A model generated the notes under the pieces. That model was not told where the DNA came from. It did not search any database and worked only from the letters and a program-made list of their open reading frames with translations. From the NCBI RefSeq assembly GCF_011386835.1, contig NC_088793.1:8370001-8434000 (forward strand): a DNA stretch of 64,000 nucleotides. The letters are read 5' to 3'. A program made the translations under genes and the position numbers. This DNA is from Chrysemys picta bellii (lineage: Eukaryota). Of the stretch, positions 60,890-64,000 are shown in pieces; position 1 is the first letter of the stretch; each line of letters starts with the position of its first letter.

Positions 60890-61104
60890 CAGGGGTTCTC
60901 AAACTGGGGGTCAGGACCCTTCAGGGGGTTACGAGGTTATTACATGGAGGGTCGTGAGCTGTCAGCCTCCACCCCCAACCCCGCTTTGCCTCCCATATTT
61001 ATAATGGTGTTAAAAAGTGTTTTTAACTTATAAGGGGGGGGAGGTCGCACTCAGAGGCTTGCTGTGTGAAAGGGGTCACCAGTACAGAAGTTTGAGAACC
61101 ACTG
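60890..61104. mobile_element. hAT MITE
   Basis: TIRs caggggttctcaaact / agtttgagaaccactg; TSD cattatac / cattacac. Confidence 0.92.
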
Positions 61105-61399
61105 CATTACACAATCCGTGAACATCCAGTAAATGTAGAATAGTAATTATATTTAACCAATACTAAGCAGCTACTAGCAATTCAATGATAGCTTATTATG
61201 TCAAATAAAGGAGTCAAGTATTGCTTAAAATATCTGAAAAAACAGGCAAGTCCCTCTGGTATTTGTCAAAGGCTGGTACAGCCCACCTAAGGTATGGTTA
61301 TCATAAATAATAAAATAACTGATCAATAAAGTCCTGCCATTTTCTGTCTAGTCTAACTGGACTACTAGAGGTTCTTTTAAAGACATTTCTATTGGCACT

Positions 61400-61667
61400 T
61401 CCAGGGGACTTTGTGAAGGCCAAAACTGTAACTGGGTTCAAAAAAGAATGAAATAAGTTCCTGCAGGACAGGTCCATCAATGGCTATGAACCAAGATGTC
61501 TCCAGGTGTTGCTAAGCCTCTGACTGCCAGAAGCTGGGAATGAATGACAGAGGATGGATCATTCAATAAATTCTCTGTAATGTTTGTTCCTATAGTCACA
61601 CTGTTGGAAGATAGGATACTGGGCTAGATGGACCACTGATCTGACCCAGTACGGCCATTCTTATGTA
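61400..61667 (+). mobile_element. CR1 3' end fragment
   Basis: gtgaaggccaaaactgtaactgggttcaaaaaag...gggctagatggaccactgatctgacccagtacggccattcttatgt. Confidence 0.9.
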
Positions 61668-63164
61668 ACCATACACGGCTAAGTGATTTATTTAAGAAGT
61701 TGTATTACATATGTAACAGCAGCCAGACAAACTATTTAGAAAGTAAATAAAGAGTTTTCAAATTCTAGGAGAAATACACAAAAACATATTTTATTCTTAT
61801 TACATAGCTCTCTTATGACACCTTTCTGACACAAGATACTTCACCTTAAGCTCCTAGCTACATCTACAATTGCCCTATTATAGTAGGAAATCCAGTAAGG
61901 TTAGTTTCTCCAGTCCCACAGTCACAAGAACAATGCTTAATATCAGCTATAAAAACAAGTGGAAGGACAAGTTCTGCTGCCATCTGAACCATTTGATTAT
62001 AAAAGCTTTCAGTACTTTTTCCTTGAGTAAACTTCTATATTAAACTACAGTTCTCCAATTAACAAACAACTATACTATGAACCAAGCCATTGTTCTTAAA
62101 AGCAGCAGATTACCAAAAAAAAATAGCACTTTGGTCTTTGTTCATTGTACCTCAACAGTTATGTCACCTATTGCTGAAAGCAAGTGGAATTACAATTGCA
62201 ACCTGACTATATATAATCAGCTATACATAAGAGGCAATGCAATTATATGAATTGAAGAGCTTTAGAAGCAAAACAGAAACAGACATTACAGATGTTTTCA
62301 GGGGGCTCCTTGAACTCAGGACCTCGGTACAATTGTCTCTCCTCCCCCAATCAGCCCTGAGCATTGGGAACAAGATTACAAGGCTTATGTTTACCATCCC
62401 TTTTAGATACAGCCTTATGATGCTACAGCTTTGCTGCTCATAAGCTGCAATAGGTATTTCTAAACCATTATATGTTTGCCCACCATGAATATGATAAAAG
62501 TGCTCACTGGTATGCAAAATGCACCAATGTAGAGAACCTCTTTCATACATCTCCTCTATATGAATTACTAAGATGATTAACTTTACAGATGTTCCAGTTA
62601 AGAATGAACTTTTTCCTTTTTAGAGACTAGCGTCTATAGTTGCAGTAAATCCAGCATCCTTCTGTCTTAATGCATCTGTCAGTAAAGGAATATTAGCATA
62701 TCTGTGGCCTGATTTTCAAAAATGCTGAGCACCTACATCATCTTATTGACTTCAGTGGAAGCTGGAGCTGTTCAGCACTTCAAAGTCAGGCCAACAGTTA
62801 ATTTTCCTTAAACAGTTTTCCTCTCCCCATTCCCCCCACAATAAAAGAGGAGTGGGTTTGGTTTGGTTTTGTTTGTTTGTAAAATGTATTGCCACTCGGC
62901 CACACAAAGGGAAAAGAAAAACAGAATTATCCTGGAGAGTGAATATTATGCGTTCAGGGAGCTGATATAAAATATCCATTTTAATTAGAAAATATTTTAG
63001 GCTTGTGCTGATTAAATATCCCTGGGGTTATTTCTTTTTTTAAACAAAAACAAAAGAAAGACCACCACAAAGAGGCAAAGGGATTTTGCTAGCTCTATCA
63101 TGAATTGCTACAATGTCTGGCTCCACATATACAATTTTGGACTGGAAGTTCAGACTTCAGTACT

Positions 63165-63345
63165 GTCAAGGAAGGATGGTCTTGTGGTTAATACACAGGA
63201 TTGCAAGTCAGGAGATCTAGGTTCTATTTCCAGCTGTCACAGACATGCTGTGTGACCTTGGGCCAGAGCACTTAATTTGTGTGCCCCTGTTGCCCATACA
63301 TTAAAAAAGTTTTTGTATAGTTTTGAGTTCAGATCCCTGGATGAA
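63165..63345 (+). mobile_element. MIR-like SINE
   Basis: ggaaggatggtcttgtggtt...agtcaggagatctaggttctatttcc...tgtgtgaccttgggc. Confidence 0.8.
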
Positions 63346-63735
63346 ATTAAAGAGATGTGAAGAGTATAACAAAGTCTAACAGTAGTGTTTATCTTTAACA
63401 GTCATTTGCCAGACATTTTAATGAAAAGAGAATAATCTGATCACCATTCTAGGGTACAAGCATGACACTAAGAGGAACGGGATTTCCTGAAAAATTACGA
63501 GATCCCTGAATCCTCCTCCAGTTCCTCACCCCTCCCTGGCTGAAACTCATGCTTCTGTAGCAATACCAACAAGAAAAAATAGGGAAATGAATTGAACTAA
63601 AAACAAACTGGACGACATAAGTGAATGAAAAATTAGTTCAGCAGAATTAAAAAAAATGAGTTTTATAACTTCAGTAAGCATAATATAGAGCTAATAATCA
63701 CTAAGAATAAGGATAGCTAAGGAAGTACTCTAAAC

Positions 63736-64000
63736 CAGCGGTTCTCAAACTGTGGGTCGGGACCCCAAAGTGGGTCATGACCCCATTTTAATGGGGTCGC
63801 CAGGGCCGGCTTAGAGTTGCTGGGGCCTGGGGCCAAAGCTGAAGCCCGAGCCCCACAGCCCAGGGCTGAAGTCTAAGCCCGAGGGCTTCAGCACTGGGCA
63901 GCAGGGCTCAGGTTACAGGTCCCCTGCCTGGGGCTGAAGCCCTTCAGCTTTGCCCCCCCCCTTCCCACCCAGGACAGTGGGGCTTGGGCTTTGGCCCTCC
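63736..64000. mobile_element. hAT MITE, cut by the window end
   Basis: Left TIR cagcggttctcaaactg, followed by GC-rich gggctgaagcccgagccc repeats. Confidence 0.85.

Noticed and set aside
62221-62550. 109-aa minus and 68-aa plus overlapping ORFs
   Set aside because: No recognisable domain and no convincing splice boundaries.

Overview
Non-coding, AT-rich vertebrate DNA, almost certainly from a turtle: two tortoise PolIII/SINEs are present, together with turtle-type CR1, Penelope and MITE families. I found no host protein-coding exon I can recognise. The supplied ORFs are either decayed transposon ORFs (CR1, L2, L1, hAT, Penelope) or chance ORFs. Sampled segments show plus-strand C>G skew and several minus-strand splice-site pairs, so the window may lie inside a large intron of a minus-strand gene (inference only). 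It is a nested mosaic of CR1, L2 and L1-like LINEs, tRNA-derived SINEs, MIR-like SINEs, ancient LF-SINEs, Penelope-like elements (PLEs) with minimal hammerhead ribozymes, hAT, PIF/Harbinger and Tigger-like MITEs with readable TIRs and TSDs, and probable LTR/Gypsy relics. The most interesting items are: a 119-bp PLE insertion that is mostly a perfect 82-bp palindrome with a 13-bp TSD; three hammerhead motifs; an unexplained 50-bp-arm inverted repeat at a CR1 tail; an LF-SINE carrying a perfect antisense 5' splice site; and compact regulatory-motif clusters near 53.6 kb and 59.2-60.7 kb. I cannot support a claim of a wholly new biological system. Family names come from recalled consensus similarity, not database searches. 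Boundaries of old elements are approximate.
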